Positions 38,725 through 47,841 of a stretch of 64,000 bases of DNA are shown here, in pieces. The position numbers were made by a program, and so were the translations under genes. Location of the stretch: the NCBI GenBank assembly GCA_016179055.1, contig JACOSC010000071.1, positions 947 through 64,946 of the forward strand, given 5' to 3'. This DNA comes from Acidobacteriota bacterium (GTDB lineage Bacteria > Acidobacteriota > UBA6911 > JACOSC01). Numbering within the stretch: the first letter of the stretch is position 1; every line of letters begins with the position of its first letter. The notes beneath the pieces are model-generated. The model was not told the origin of the DNA. It saw nothing but the letters and a program-made list of their open reading frames with translations, and made no database searches.

Positions 38725-39479
38725 ATCGCTTTTTTCCCGCGGGAGTACTATAGCATATTCGAGGACGGAAAAGCAGAAAAATTTGGACGTGCGCTGGGAG
38801 AAGTTGCACGGGTCCCGACATGTCGGGATTGCCGAGGGCCCGGCCGGTCGGACGCGGTGCGGACCGCCCCCTTTTTCCGCCCGCCGCTCTATTTTGGCCG
38901 GCATGCGATAGACCCGGACCGTGAAGCGGCACCGAGCATCTGAATGCTGAAAAGCATTCAGAATAAATCTTGCCATCCCGCTAAGGCGGGAACACAAAGG
39001 CACTCAGCTCACAAAACCATTACCAGAAAATTCCCAGGGTTGATTCAAACCACCAACAAATTTGACGCACATCCGTTTACTGAGCACTCATCTTCTATTT
39101 CCTTTTCCACGGTAACTAAATTGTGAAAGGAAACGGCTGGTGCAATCATGCCCGCTTGTTAGTATTCGTTTCGCTCACGTTCTAAATTTGAGGCTCCAAC
39201 ACATCGGCGCAGCCGCGCGATTTCCGACTCCAAACCAGCGGCGCCCAGCCGCGAGTCATACTAAGCGACATATTCAGCGGCGTTCATGCATGACCCTGTA
39301 CGGGCTAGCCCGAGTTTACTACCCCGGCGTTTGAAGTCCCACTAGGTTTCCGCTCGAAAAACCGCGAACAGGGCGTCTTTCCGTCTCATGGAGGATACGC
39401 CAAATAGTGCTTAAAATGTATGACCTAAATGAGGAAGAATCGTAACTGTTCTCGGGGTTCACTGAGACCGCACCAGAGA

Positions 39480-39657
39480 CCCCCAGCGGAAGCTGGGGGA
39501 GACTCAGGCCCGGCCTACTCCGGCGACGCCCCACTCCCCCAACCCCCTCTCCCCGCCGGGCGGGGAGAGGGGCCAGGGGGTGAGGGGCTTGATCTAGGCT
39601 GGAGCTTGAAGCTCCCCCGGCTTCCGCCGGGGGTATCCACCCCCCGTGAACGGATAC
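39480..39657. repeat. Cluster of four GC-rich hairpins plus a solo MITE end
   Basis: cccccagc-ggaa-gctggggg; cccctctccccgcc-g-ggcggggagagggg; ggagctt-g-aagctcc; cccccggc-ttcc-gccggggg. Then cccccgtgaacggatac, matching the right end of MITE copy A at 16 of 17 positions. Confidence 0.6.
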
Positions 39658-39753
39658 GAAGAATCTTATTAGGGCATACACCTCATACCCTATGAAACCC
39701 GCTGCAGAACGGCATTCCCGCATCAATTCGCCTATCAGGGTGGTAAACTCGGG

Positions 39754-40104
39754 CTAGAAGACAAGTATCTTATCTGCGTCCTGCGTCCACGCGGCGAGTT
39801 CTTCCATTGAGCTTCGGCGAGCGCTTTCCAGCAGAGACTCGGCTTTGAGTCCGCGGGCATCCATACAGGACCCGCACACGCCGATCTTCGCACCCTTGAT
39901 CGCCAGAGTCTTCAACATCCGCTCGATGTTGTAGTACCCATAGGGTGTCGTTTGCCCAACAACAGCACAACCCACGCCATCACCGATCAGAAAAACAGAG
40001 ACGTAAGTGGCTTCGGCCTTTGCCATCGAACTCGCCAGCCGCAATCCGTTATAACTGCGTTCCGTCCCGTAGGGCGGATCGTTTAGAATAACCAGATACT
40101 TCAT
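39754..40104 (-). CDS. DsrE/DsrF-like sulfur-relay family protein
   Basis: AAGGAAG lies before ATG 40104. MKYLVILNDPPYGTERSYNGLRLA..FLIGDGV..IGVCGSCMDARG is typical of the DsrE family. Confidence 0.7.
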   Translation of the reverse strand: MKYLVILNDPPYGTERSYNGLRLASSMAKAEATYVSVFLIGDGVGCAVVGQTTPYGYYNIERMLKTLAIKGAKIGVCGSCMDARGLKAESLLESARRSSMEELAAWTQDADKILVF

Positions 40105-40136
40105 ACGGCTACTTCCTTTCCGCGCGTTGTTGTCCG

Positions 40137-41363
40137 CTACCATCCGAAATGCAACGGAGGCCAATCGTGGCGAATCCGGGCAAGGTAGTACTTCTCAAAA
40201 ACCAGTTTCAGGTACCGCGCCCACTTTCCTTTCTTGTGGATCACTTTGTTACGCGGCGGCAGAAATGGATCCGCGTACAGATAGAACGCCGTGTCGCCCG
40301 CATCGGCGATACAAGTCGCCGGAAGCGCGAGCCCGTCTACCTTGGTACCACCGTGTAGCTCGGCCACGATGTTGTGTACCGCCGCGTGAGCCATCAGTTC
40401 GGTCATGTGACCGGTCTTGGGAACTGCCACAGGGACTAGAGTTTTACCCGGAGGAGGAATGGCGACTGCGACACCGACCGCGTAAATGTTTTCGAACTTT
40501 GGGCTCGTCAGTTGTGACGTGACCGAAACAAATCCTCTCGGATTGGCCAGCCCCTCGACCCCACGGACGAACCCGGCGCCAAGAAAGGCGGGGATCACCA
40601 GCGAGAAGTCGAAGCGGCGCTCGCACCCGTCCTGGAGTACCAATCGGTCTGGACGGGCCTCAACGATCTTCGCGTCGACGATTGGCTCAATATCGCGGTC
40701 GGCAAATTCATCCTCGATCATCCGCGGAGCCATGCCGATGCCACCTACTCCGAAATGACCCAGGAACGGTTCGGGTGTGATGAAGCTGAGCGTGAATTGA
40801 TGACGCTGCTTCGCCTTCCTGAGCACGGTGTCGATCATCATGGCGATCTCGTAGGCAGGACCAATGCAGCTCGCTCCGGCCGTCGCGCCGACGACAATGC
40901 GTCCTGACTCGCCGGCAATGACACGCGCCAGCGCCTGGCGAGCGCAGACCGCCTCCTCGACGGTGAAGGTCGATTGAATATGTCCTGCGGCGGGACCCAG
41001 GCCGGGCACCGCCGCCCAGTCCAGCTCGGCGCCCGAAGCGATCAGCAATATGTCGTAAGGAAACGTTGCGGACTCGGTACGGACTTCACCCTTATCCGGG
41101 TACAGCTCGCGGACCTCGCCGTGAACGAAGCGGACGCCGCGGCGGGTGAGCGTAGAATCGAGCGGCACCTGAAGCCGTGCAGGGTCGCGCCATCCAAGAA
41201 TCACCCACGGCAGCGAAGGAAGGAAGGTGAACGCCGCGTCCCTGGAGATCAACGTGATCTCAGCTTGATCGCCCAGCCGCCGACGGAGAGCGTAAGCCGC
41301 GTTGATCCCGCCAAACGATCCCCCGACGATCACGATCTTCTTATGGCTGGAACTCATATTCAT
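40137..41363 (-). CDS. sqr: Sulfide:quinone oxidoreductase
   Basis: KKIVIVGGSFGG, GATAGASCIGPAYEIAM, VIPAFLGAGFVRGVEGLANPRGFV, VPKTGHM and CIADAGD align stretch by stretch with my recollection of type I SQR (Acidithiobacillus enzyme), including the two redox Cys. Confidence 0.85.
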   Translation of the reverse strand: MNMSSSHKKIVIVGGSFGGINAAYALRRRLGDQAEITLISRDAAFTFLPSLPWVILGWRDPARLQVPLDSTLTRRGVRFVHGEVRELYPDKGEVRTESATFPYDILLIASGAELDWAAVPGLGPAAGHIQSTFTVEEAVCARQALARVIAGESGRIVVGATAGASCIGPAYEIAMMIDTVLRKAKQRHQFTLSFITPEPFLGHFGVGGIGMAPRMIEDEFADRDIEPIVDAKIVEARPDRLVLQDGCERRFDFSLVIPAFLGAGFVRGVEGLANPRGFVSVTSQLTSPKFENIYAVGVAVAIPPPGKTLVPVAVPKTGHMTELMAHAAVHNIVAELHGGTKVDGLALPATCIADAGDTAFYLYADPFLPPRNKVIHKKGKWARYLKLVFEKYYLARIRHDWPPLHFGW

Positions 41364-41409
41364 CGCATCTCCATGCTTCGTTAGCGAGTTGGTTCTTTAC
41401 TCGCGCCGA

Positions 41410-42744
41410 TTAGAAATCGTAGCGGACTCGGAAGAATACGTTATCGCTTCTGTTCAACTGTCCGAAGAAGGTCGTCTCGCTTTTTCCGCCGAAGATGTTG
41501 GCGCCCGCGGAGACGCCCAGGTTGTCGGTGAGTTTGTGTGAGACCTCAGGCTGGAGGAAGTAGTCGTTGTCTGTGGGGCTGTAAGCCGCAAACAGCGATA
41601 GCGTCCACGTCTGATACTTCAGCATTCTGGTCAACCGGGCCGAGACCACGCCGCGAAACCGGTCCTGTTGCGGCATCCCGGCTGGGAGTGAATCGCGATA
41701 GGCCCGATAGTCGTTCATGATCTCCCCATAAACCTGAACCCCGGCCGTGAAGTCCTGGGCCAGTTCGCGTTGGTATCCGGCGAGCACACGCCATTGCGAG
41801 TTCGGGATGGCAGCATCGCGGCCACTCCGGTCTTGCCGCGAGTCGTAGTAGCCTGCCTCGAGACTGAAAACGCCTTCGAAAAAACCCCGCTGTGCGCTTA
41901 AGCCATATACGGAGAGCTCCGGATAGAATCGTGTTGCGGTGGTTGGGGCGGCCAGGTTGTCGAGTCGCGCACCCGGAGAGCGCCAGTAACCTCGATAGGC
42001 GTAAACTGAAACGTCGTACTCGGCCAGCTTTCGATAAACTCGCAGAGCCACTTCGGTGTTTGCGGCGCCGACGGCGGGCTTCTCTTCACGCTGGTTCCGG
42101 ACCGTGGCGAACGGATCGAAAAAGAAAAACCTCTTGGCTGACGGCAAGCTATCAGGCGTGAAGAAAGGAACTGCGACGATCTCGGCATTGAGGCTGCTTC
42201 CAGAATAACGGATACGCGCCCCATCGACGCCCCGCTTCAGGTACTCCATCGGCCGGCCCGAAAAGAACGACTCCCAATCCTTGGGAAAGACGTCGTTGAC
42301 GAAGAAGAGATCGCCGACGCCCCAGGTGATAATCTGGCGGCCCAGGCGAAGATCAAGAGGTCCTCGGCTATAGCCTGCATACCCTTCGCGAAGCTCGCCG
42401 GCGAATCTCTTTGCGATGGCATCGTAGAAGGTGTCGCCCTTCGTCACGAAGTAACCCTTGCCTGACCGGGTCGCCCCGCTGATATCGAGACGCAGCCGCC
42501 CCTCACCTAGCACGAAGTTCCCGCCCTCTCCTTTAAACGGGCGCTCGCCGGTAGTACGCACCGCGACATCACCCAGCAGGAACCCGTGAATCTCGACAGG
42601 AATCTTCTTCTCCTTTCCTGTCTGCGCCGAGTTCGCAACGTCAGACGTGGGCGCGGCTGGCCCGTCCTGCGCCATAGAAGCGGAAGCAATTAAACAGGTA
42701 AGCGCCACTGATAGCAGTAAGAAAGTAGCTTTCATTTTATCCAT
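41410..42744 (-). CDS. Outer-membrane beta-barrel protein (DUF1302-like)
   Basis: Signal peptide ending SMAQ, LRLGRQIITWGVGDLFFVNDVF, C-terminal RYDF. Confidence 0.65.
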   Translation of the reverse strand: MDKMKATFLLLSVALTCLIASASMAQDGPAAPTSDVANSAQTGKEKKIPVEIHGFLLGDVAVRTTGERPFKGEGGNFVLGEGRLRLDISGATRSGKGYFVTKGDTFYDAIAKRFAGELREGYAGYSRGPLDLRLGRQIITWGVGDLFFVNDVFPKDWESFFSGRPMEYLKRGVDGARIRYSGSSLNAEIVAVPFFTPDSLPSAKRFFFFDPFATVRNQREEKPAVGAANTEVALRVYRKLAEYDVSVYAYRGYWRSPGARLDNLAAPTTATRFYPELSVYGLSAQRGFFEGVFSLEAGYYDSRQDRSGRDAAIPNSQWRVLAGYQRELAQDFTAGVQVYGEIMNDYRAYRDSLPAGMPQQDRFRGVVSARLTRMLKYQTWTLSLFAAYSPTDNDYFLQPEVSHKLTDNLGVSAGANIFGGKSETTFFGQLNRSDNVFFRVRYDF

Positions 42745-43550
42745 TGCTGTGGTGGGTTCTGCAGCGAGCGCTCGCTGAAGATGCCGTCGTCAAGCCCTAT
42801 ATCATAAGCCACACGGGTTATGGTCACATCGGTCCGGTGGCCGCTTTTCACGTTTTTCATGGTTCGTTTCGTCGCCGTTTGATAGCTCTTTTTTCCGCCT
42901 TGTCCGGCAACGTTCTCGATTTTGTCTGCCGTGAAGAGGCGAGCGAGTTGGTTCTGCGCGTCGTAGTATTCTTCCTTCAGCGGCAGGAACGTTTTTTTGT
43001 CGATCCAGGCCAGTTTCTTGGTGTACTCCGTCGCCGCCTTGGGCACGCTCTGGATGACGTAGCAATCCGCATCGCCCAGTCTTTCCTCGCGCAGCAGGGT
43101 ATGAGTGTCCGCAGGCACATCCCGGCCTGAGATGTCCTCGTAGGTGAAGTCCGATCCGACAAAACTCGACCGGCTATCTTTGGCGGCGACCCTTCGTACC
43201 ATGTTCACAGCCGGGATGAAGATCCACCGGTCATCGTCCTTCTCCGGATACTTCCAAACCAGGAACGCCATGCGGCGAACGTCGCCGGGCTCGTGAAAGT
43301 ATAGGAAGTATTTCTGATTGGCGGTCCCGGGATCGTTCCTCCGTAGCATTGTAAGCACGCGCGTTCGCTTCTTTCCGTCCGCCGTGATGAGTTCCATCGT
43401 CACGTTGGACTTCATATCGTTCCCGGAGTAGTAGAACGCCTCTTGCGATTTCTGGACGATTTCTGTTGCGGCCGGCTTGTTCTGAGCAAAGGCGTGAATG
43501 CAGGGAAGGACCGGCATAAGAAGCATGAACGATAATGTCGTATATCTCAT
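42732..43550 (-). CDS. LolA-like outer-membrane lipoprotein-sorting family protein
   Basis: Signal peptide. 272 aa. Start overlaps the RND stop (ATGA). Family call rests on overall resemblance only. Confidence 0.6.
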   Translation of the reverse strand: MRYTTLSFMLLMPVLPCIHAFAQNKPAATEIVQKSQEAFYYSGNDMKSNVTMELITADGKKRTRVLTMLRRNDPGTANQKYFLYFHEPGDVRRMAFLVWKYPEKDDDRWIFIPAVNMVRRVAAKDSRSSFVGSDFTYEDISGRDVPADTHTLLREERLGDADCYVIQSVPKAATEYTKKLAWIDKKTFLPLKEEYYDAQNQLARLFTADKIENVAGQGGKKSYQTATKRTMKNVKSGHRTDVTITRVAYDIGLDDGIFSERSLQNPPQQWIK

Positions 43551-45859
43551 AGTAGTTTTCCTTTCAGTAAGACTCGGTGGAAAAGGTGAATGAGACCGGG
43601 AAGGTAAATGACGCTCATCAGCGCAGAAAGCAGCATGATGGCAACCATGAAGACCCCCACGGTGATGTAAGGCGTGAGATCGGCGAAGACCATAACGGCA
43701 AAACCCAGGGCAAAGAGGATGGCGTTGAAGAATATTCCCTTACCCGGCCGCGCAACTGTCCACACCAGAGCCTCGCGCAAGTTCGGATGTTCCCGATAGC
43801 GCTGCTGGAAACGGCCCACGAAGTGTATGGCAAAATCGATGGCCATGCCTAAAGAGAGCGTCGAAAGGACCGCGACGGGCATGTCGAAGTCTTTGCCCAC
43901 CAGGCCTACCACGCCATAGATGAGGGCGATGGTGAACAGCAGCGGAAGGAAGGTGAGGATGCCCCAGAAGAGCGAGCGCGTCTGTACTACGAGCAGGATC
44001 AGGACAAGCACCAGACCTGCGAGGAAGCTCTCGAGCATTCCCCACAAAACCTCGTCGCTCCACACGAGGTTGAAGTAAGCAACGCCTGCAGGCCGGACCT
44101 TTGCTCCGCCCGGCAAGGGATGCGCCGCCAGGTAAGCCTCTGTCCGCCCGATCACGTCGCGCATCACGCCGGCGTCCCAGCTTTTCAACTGAAGCAGGAG
44201 GTTGGCCTTCTGGAAGGGATAATCCACGACGTTGTCCAGATCGCTCGGCCTGGCGGAAGTTCCAAAGAGGAAAAGGTACTGCCCCACCTCTTCCGCCGAA
44301 TCGGGGATGCGCTCGAAGGCCGGATCGTCGTTGTGGAGCACCCGGTTGATTCGCCTCACGTAGTCCACTACTGAAAAGGTCTTTCCCACGCGCGGGTCCT
44401 TCTCCAGTTCACGCTGAAGACCCTCGATGCCGCGCAGCATCACCGGGTCTTTCATGGCGTCCTCATTTTCACTCTGGCTGACGAGGTAGGCCGTGGAGGT
44501 ACCACCGAGGCGTTCATTCATGATCCGGTCTGCCGTTCGCACGGCGCTCTCAGTTTTGAACCAATGGACCATGTTGTTGTTGACTCGTATGCGGGAGAGT
44601 CCGATGCCTGCGACCAAAAAAAACGCACCGCCTATTAGAGCAATCATCCCGGCGCGGCGCACGCAGACTTCTCCGAGGCGCGCTAAGCTTGACGGGTGAG
44701 TTGCATGGCTCTCGTCCAGGCTGCGCGCGGCTTTTGGTATGCGCTCCTCTCGAATCAGTATGAGAATCGCCGGCACCAGCGTGAAGCTCATCAGCAGGAT
44801 CACCAGAGTTCCGAAACCGACGACGAGGCCGAAGATCTTGACGGGGACAATAGTCGCGGTCGCCAGCGAGGCGAACCCGACGGCCGTGGCCACGTCGGAG
44901 TAGAAGATCGGCTTCCCTACAGTGGCCATCGTGTCGAGCAGCGCCCGTCGCTTGTCCCGCATCTCGCCGAACCGGAAGGCAAACTCGTTGAAGATATGCA
45001 CGCTGTCGGTGGCAATGGCCATGAGGAAGACCGGGCTCATCGAACTCATGATGTGGACCGGGTATCTTAGGCCGATCAGCAGCCCCATGGACCATATGAT
45101 GCTCACTAGGGCCACGGACATGTTCGCCACGACCATCGGCACGCTGCGGAACATGAGCCAGAGAGCAATGCACATCACCAGGCCGGCAATGGGCGAGAAC
45201 AATCCCATCTGGCGGAACATCTCTGCGCCAAACGTATCCCGCGCAATGGGATCACCTGCCAGCAGGTACTGGTCGTCGCCGGGGTCCGGCGGGAGGAGCT
45301 TACGGATCTCATCAGCGATCAGTTTGCCGTTGGCCGTCGGCTCGATCGGAACGTAAATCGCGGTAGCCGTTCCATCAGGAGAGACGATGCGGTTGATGAA
45401 CAGCGGATTTTCCAGGAGGGTCCTGCGCAAGGCCTCCAGGTCGGCCGCCGACTCCGGGATACGTTCCAGCACGGGACGGACCGCCAGATCGCTGCCCTGA
45501 GCCGTGACGTTATCAATGGTCGTGAAGCTCATCACGTCGCGCGCGATGACGCCAGGCATCTTCTGGATTTCACGGGTCAGCTCAGCGATTCGCGAGAGGG
45601 TAGTTCGGTTGACGATGCCCTGCTTGTTGACGATACCGAGCGCGATGACGTCTGCGTGCAGGGCAAATTCTCTCTCAACCTGATCGTTATATTGACGCAC
45701 CGGGGAGGTCACCGGCAGCATGTGCTTGGGATCGGTATCGATGGTGATCTTGGGAAACTGCGCGGCGAACGCTACTGTTGCAACCACAGTCAGTCCGATC
45801 ACCCACCAGGGATGTGTGACCGAAAAGTTAGTCAACCGCTTGATTGATCTGTCGAGCAT
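43547..45859 (-). CDS. RND-superfamily exporter (MMPL/HpnN-like, 12 TM)
   Basis: 770 aa with two blocks of 6 hydrophobic segments, each preceded by a large loop. Confidence 0.8.
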   Translation of the reverse strand: MLDRSIKRLTNFSVTHPWWVIGLTVVATVAFAAQFPKITIDTDPKHMLPVTSPVRQYNDQVEREFALHADVIALGIVNKQGIVNRTTLSRIAELTREIQKMPGVIARDVMSFTTIDNVTAQGSDLAVRPVLERIPESAADLEALRRTLLENPLFINRIVSPDGTATAIYVPIEPTANGKLIADEIRKLLPPDPGDDQYLLAGDPIARDTFGAEMFRQMGLFSPIAGLVMCIALWLMFRSVPMVVANMSVALVSIIWSMGLLIGLRYPVHIMSSMSPVFLMAIATDSVHIFNEFAFRFGEMRDKRRALLDTMATVGKPIFYSDVATAVGFASLATATIVPVKIFGLVVGFGTLVILLMSFTLVPAILILIREERIPKAARSLDESHATHPSSLARLGEVCVRRAGMIALIGGAFFLVAGIGLSRIRVNNNMVHWFKTESAVRTADRIMNERLGGTSTAYLVSQSENEDAMKDPVMLRGIEGLQRELEKDPRVGKTFSVVDYVRRINRVLHNDDPAFERIPDSAEEVGQYLFLFGTSARPSDLDNVVDYPFQKANLLLQLKSWDAGVMRDVIGRTEAYLAAHPLPGGAKVRPAGVAYFNLVWSDEVLWGMLESFLAGLVLVLILLVVQTRSLFWGILTFLPLLFTIALIYGVVGLVGKDFDMPVAVLSTLSLGMAIDFAIHFVGRFQQRYREHPNLREALVWTVARPGKGIFFNAILFALGFAVMVFADLTPYITVGVFMVAIMLLSALMSVIYLPGLIHLFHRVLLKGKLL

Positions 45860-45879
45860 AAGTCCCTCTTAGTAAGCTT

Positions 45880-46287
45880 TCATCGCAAGGTCACCGGCCG
45901 TTTTTGCAGCCGCCTCATGGTTTTCGCCCGTTCTCGCCCCAGGTGCCTGGAGAGGATGCCTTCTTGGCTCATCTGTTCGTACAGTACGTCCCGTATGAGA
46001 TCGAACGCTCTGAGCATCCTTGCGTTGGCGAGGCGGTAGAAGACCTGGTTTCCCTGTTTGCGGGATACGAGCACACGCTGCCTCTTCATCATCAGAAGGT
46101 GAGGCGAGACGGTGCCGATCGCGCGCCCGAGTTTATCGGCTAAGGCAGCCACGGTCATTTCCGTATCGCGCAGAACGTTCAGTATCATCAGACGCGTCGG
46201 ATTTGAGAAAACTTTGCACATCTCGGCGTGGCGCTCGTAAAGCGCCCTGGACAAGTCGTCGGCCGCCTCTGGCCTTTGAGAAGGCAT
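45880..46287 (-). CDS. ArsR/SmtB-family transcriptional regulator
   Basis: Winged HTH: CKVFSNPTRLMILNVLRDTEMTVAALADKLGRAIGTVSPHLLMMKRQRVLVSRKQGNQVFYRL. Confidence 0.85.
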   Translation of the reverse strand: MPSQRPEAADDLSRALYERHAEMCKVFSNPTRLMILNVLRDTEMTVAALADKLGRAIGTVSPHLLMMKRQRVLVSRKQGNQVFYRLANARMLRAFDLIRDVLYEQMSQEGILSRHLGRERAKTMRRLQKRPVTLR

Positions 46288-46577
46288 CGCTTACCTCCGT
46301 AATCTATAAATCAAGTAATCTACGGATATATAGAATACTCAGATATCATTGGTTGTCAATGACCTGTTGTCAGCGGCGAGGAAAGTCGGCGTCTCGGGGT
46401 AACGGACGCCTACTGTGACTCAGTTGTGACTGGAGAGTTTTGAGCATTTGTAATTCCAATTCGACTAAAGCGTTGGCAGCGGATAGCCAGTCCCCCCTGC
46501 GGCACAATTGCCGGTCGGTTTTTCAAGTTCGAGCCTCAACGCAAATCAGATACTCTTGGCAAATGGCCCGAATAACT

Positions 46578-46606
46578 TTGACATTTTGGGCCTACTGAAT
46601 TATAAT
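46578..46606 (+). promoter_or_regulatory. Consensus sigma70-type promoter of carD
   Basis: TTGACA (46578-46583), 17-nt spacer, TATAAT (46601-46606). GGGAGGTGGGG RBS and ATG at 46632. Confidence 0.7.
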
Positions 46607-46631
46607 CTAAGAAATTGACGGGAGGTGGGGT

Positions 46632-47141
46632 ATGGAATTCATTATTGGTGAACGTGTCGTATATCCGAACCACGGTGTAGGGATTGTTGAGGAATTAACA
46701 CGGCGTTACATTTCAGGGCAGCCCGAAGAATTCATTCTATTAAGAATCCAGTCGACCAACTCACTAGTTCTGGTTCCTACCTCAAACGTCGAGAGTGTTG
46801 GCCTTAGAAAGGTCATTAACAAGTCGGATGTCGGCCAGCTCTTTCGACTTTTGAAAGGTGGGTTCCGGGAGCCTCCAAATGATTGGAAAGATCGTTACAA
46901 AGAAAATTGCGAAAAGATGAGAAGCGGCTCGATCTATCAGGTCGCGGAGGTACTTAAGAACTTAGTGTATCTCAGCTTTCGCAAATCGCTCTCCTTTCGA
47001 GAAAAAAGAATGCTGGAAAAGGCCAAGCAATTGGTCATTGGTGAAATAGCCATCGTACGAAACGAAACTGAAGACCGCGTGGAAAACTTGATCGACAAAG
47101 CGTTGGGCGAGGCTTGCCATCGCAGACGCGGCTCCGCGTAA
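46632..47141 (+). CDS. carD: CarD/CdnL-family RNA polymerase-binding regulator
   Basis: N-terminus FIIGERVVYPNHGVGIVEEL (the TRCF-RID-like domain signature). 169 aa. Confidence 0.85.
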   Translation: MEFIIGERVVYPNHGVGIVEELTRRYISGQPEEFILLRIQSTNSLVLVPTSNVESVGLRKVINKSDVGQLFRLLKGGFREPPNDWKDRYKENCEKMRSGSIYQVAEVLKNLVYLSFRKSLSFREKRMLEKAKQLVIGEIAIVRNETEDRVENLIDKALGEACHRRRGSA

Positions 47142-47534
47142 AGCTAATTGTGCACACGCCAATCACCTTTCTTTGTCGGACCGAGATGAGAAGAAATGGC
47201 TCGTCGGGATAAACCGATAACAGATGTCGGTCAACCGTTACTCCTGTGGCTCATCGAATTTCGTCTGATGTCATGAGCCCATGTATTCCACGGTCATCCT
47301 CATTACGATCTCCCTAATTCTTATCTTTTTTGATTTCTGTTCTCTTCGCCATCGCAAAGACCTCTCTCATGCCTTCAAACCTGGTCGCCATACATCGACT
47401 CGCAAAAAAATACTTCGCCGCCGTACAACTTGTTAAGGATCACATTCTACAGCCGGGCCGATGCCTGGATACATCTTATAAGTCGTGGACCCTATTCTGA
47501 ACATTGATCTCACCATTCTTCTCCCTTGAAAATA

Positions 47535-47740
47535 CCTGGGAGCGCCGGCTTCCAGCCGGCCTCATCCGAGCCCGCGCACGGGTCTGCCGGCAAGATGCCG
47601 GCGCTCCCAGGGCGTCGTTCTGATTTTCATTGTTCGTGGTGCCCCCACCAAGGGGCATGAAGCTCGGCCACCCGCCCGCTACCGCAGGCGGTTCTGTTTT
47701 TCATTCGTCGGAGTGCCCCACCAGGGGCATGAACAACTCC
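47535..47740. repeat. Composite of REP-like hairpin units
   Basis: 15-bp stem cctgggagcgccggc / gccggcgctcccagg (47535-47611). Two tandem units gttctg.ttttcatt..tcg...tgcccc(a)cca(a)ggggcatgaa (47617-47661 and 47691-47740). The second unit plus its spacer is near-identical to 61128-61205. Confidence 0.7.
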
Positions 47741-47841
47741 TTAGATAACATAAGAATGTCTCTCTTCCGCGGAGTTGTATCCCCGCCAAGCCGAGCGGTC
47801 GGAATCGCTGAGGGCCGGAGCTTCGGCAGGGCCAAAAAATT

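Noticed and set aside
38939-38962. A perfect 10-bp stem with a GAAA loop (tctgaatgct-gaaa-agcattcaga) in the long spacer between the dsrE-like gene and the sensor kinase.
   Set aside because: There is no U-tract on either strand, no second copy in the window and no recognisable ncRNA context. I cannot assign a function.
39319-39726. ORFs translating through repeat elements (39319-39726, 39429-39695, 22304-22591, 22501-22683, 53949-54158, 57514-57843, 47630-47845, 60105-60434).
   Set aside because: Their sequence is explained entirely by palindromic repeats. The same peptide-like strings (PLRG.., SPLPAGRGEG.., VATAPGSV..) arise on both strands, and there are no RBS or start contexts.
46288-46400. 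Candidate ArsR operator or promoter: TTGACA plus the gatat..atatc dyad, and the duplicated gtaatcta upstream of arsR.
   Set aside because: The dyad symmetry is short and imperfect, and no acceptable -10 box lies at 16-19 nt from the TTGACA. It is left unannotated.
47535-47740. Possible CRISPR array, given repeated hairpin units here and at 60236-61205.
   Set aside because: The units are not direct repeats at regular spacing separated by unique spacers. They are inverted or mosaic and scattered, and no cas genes are present.
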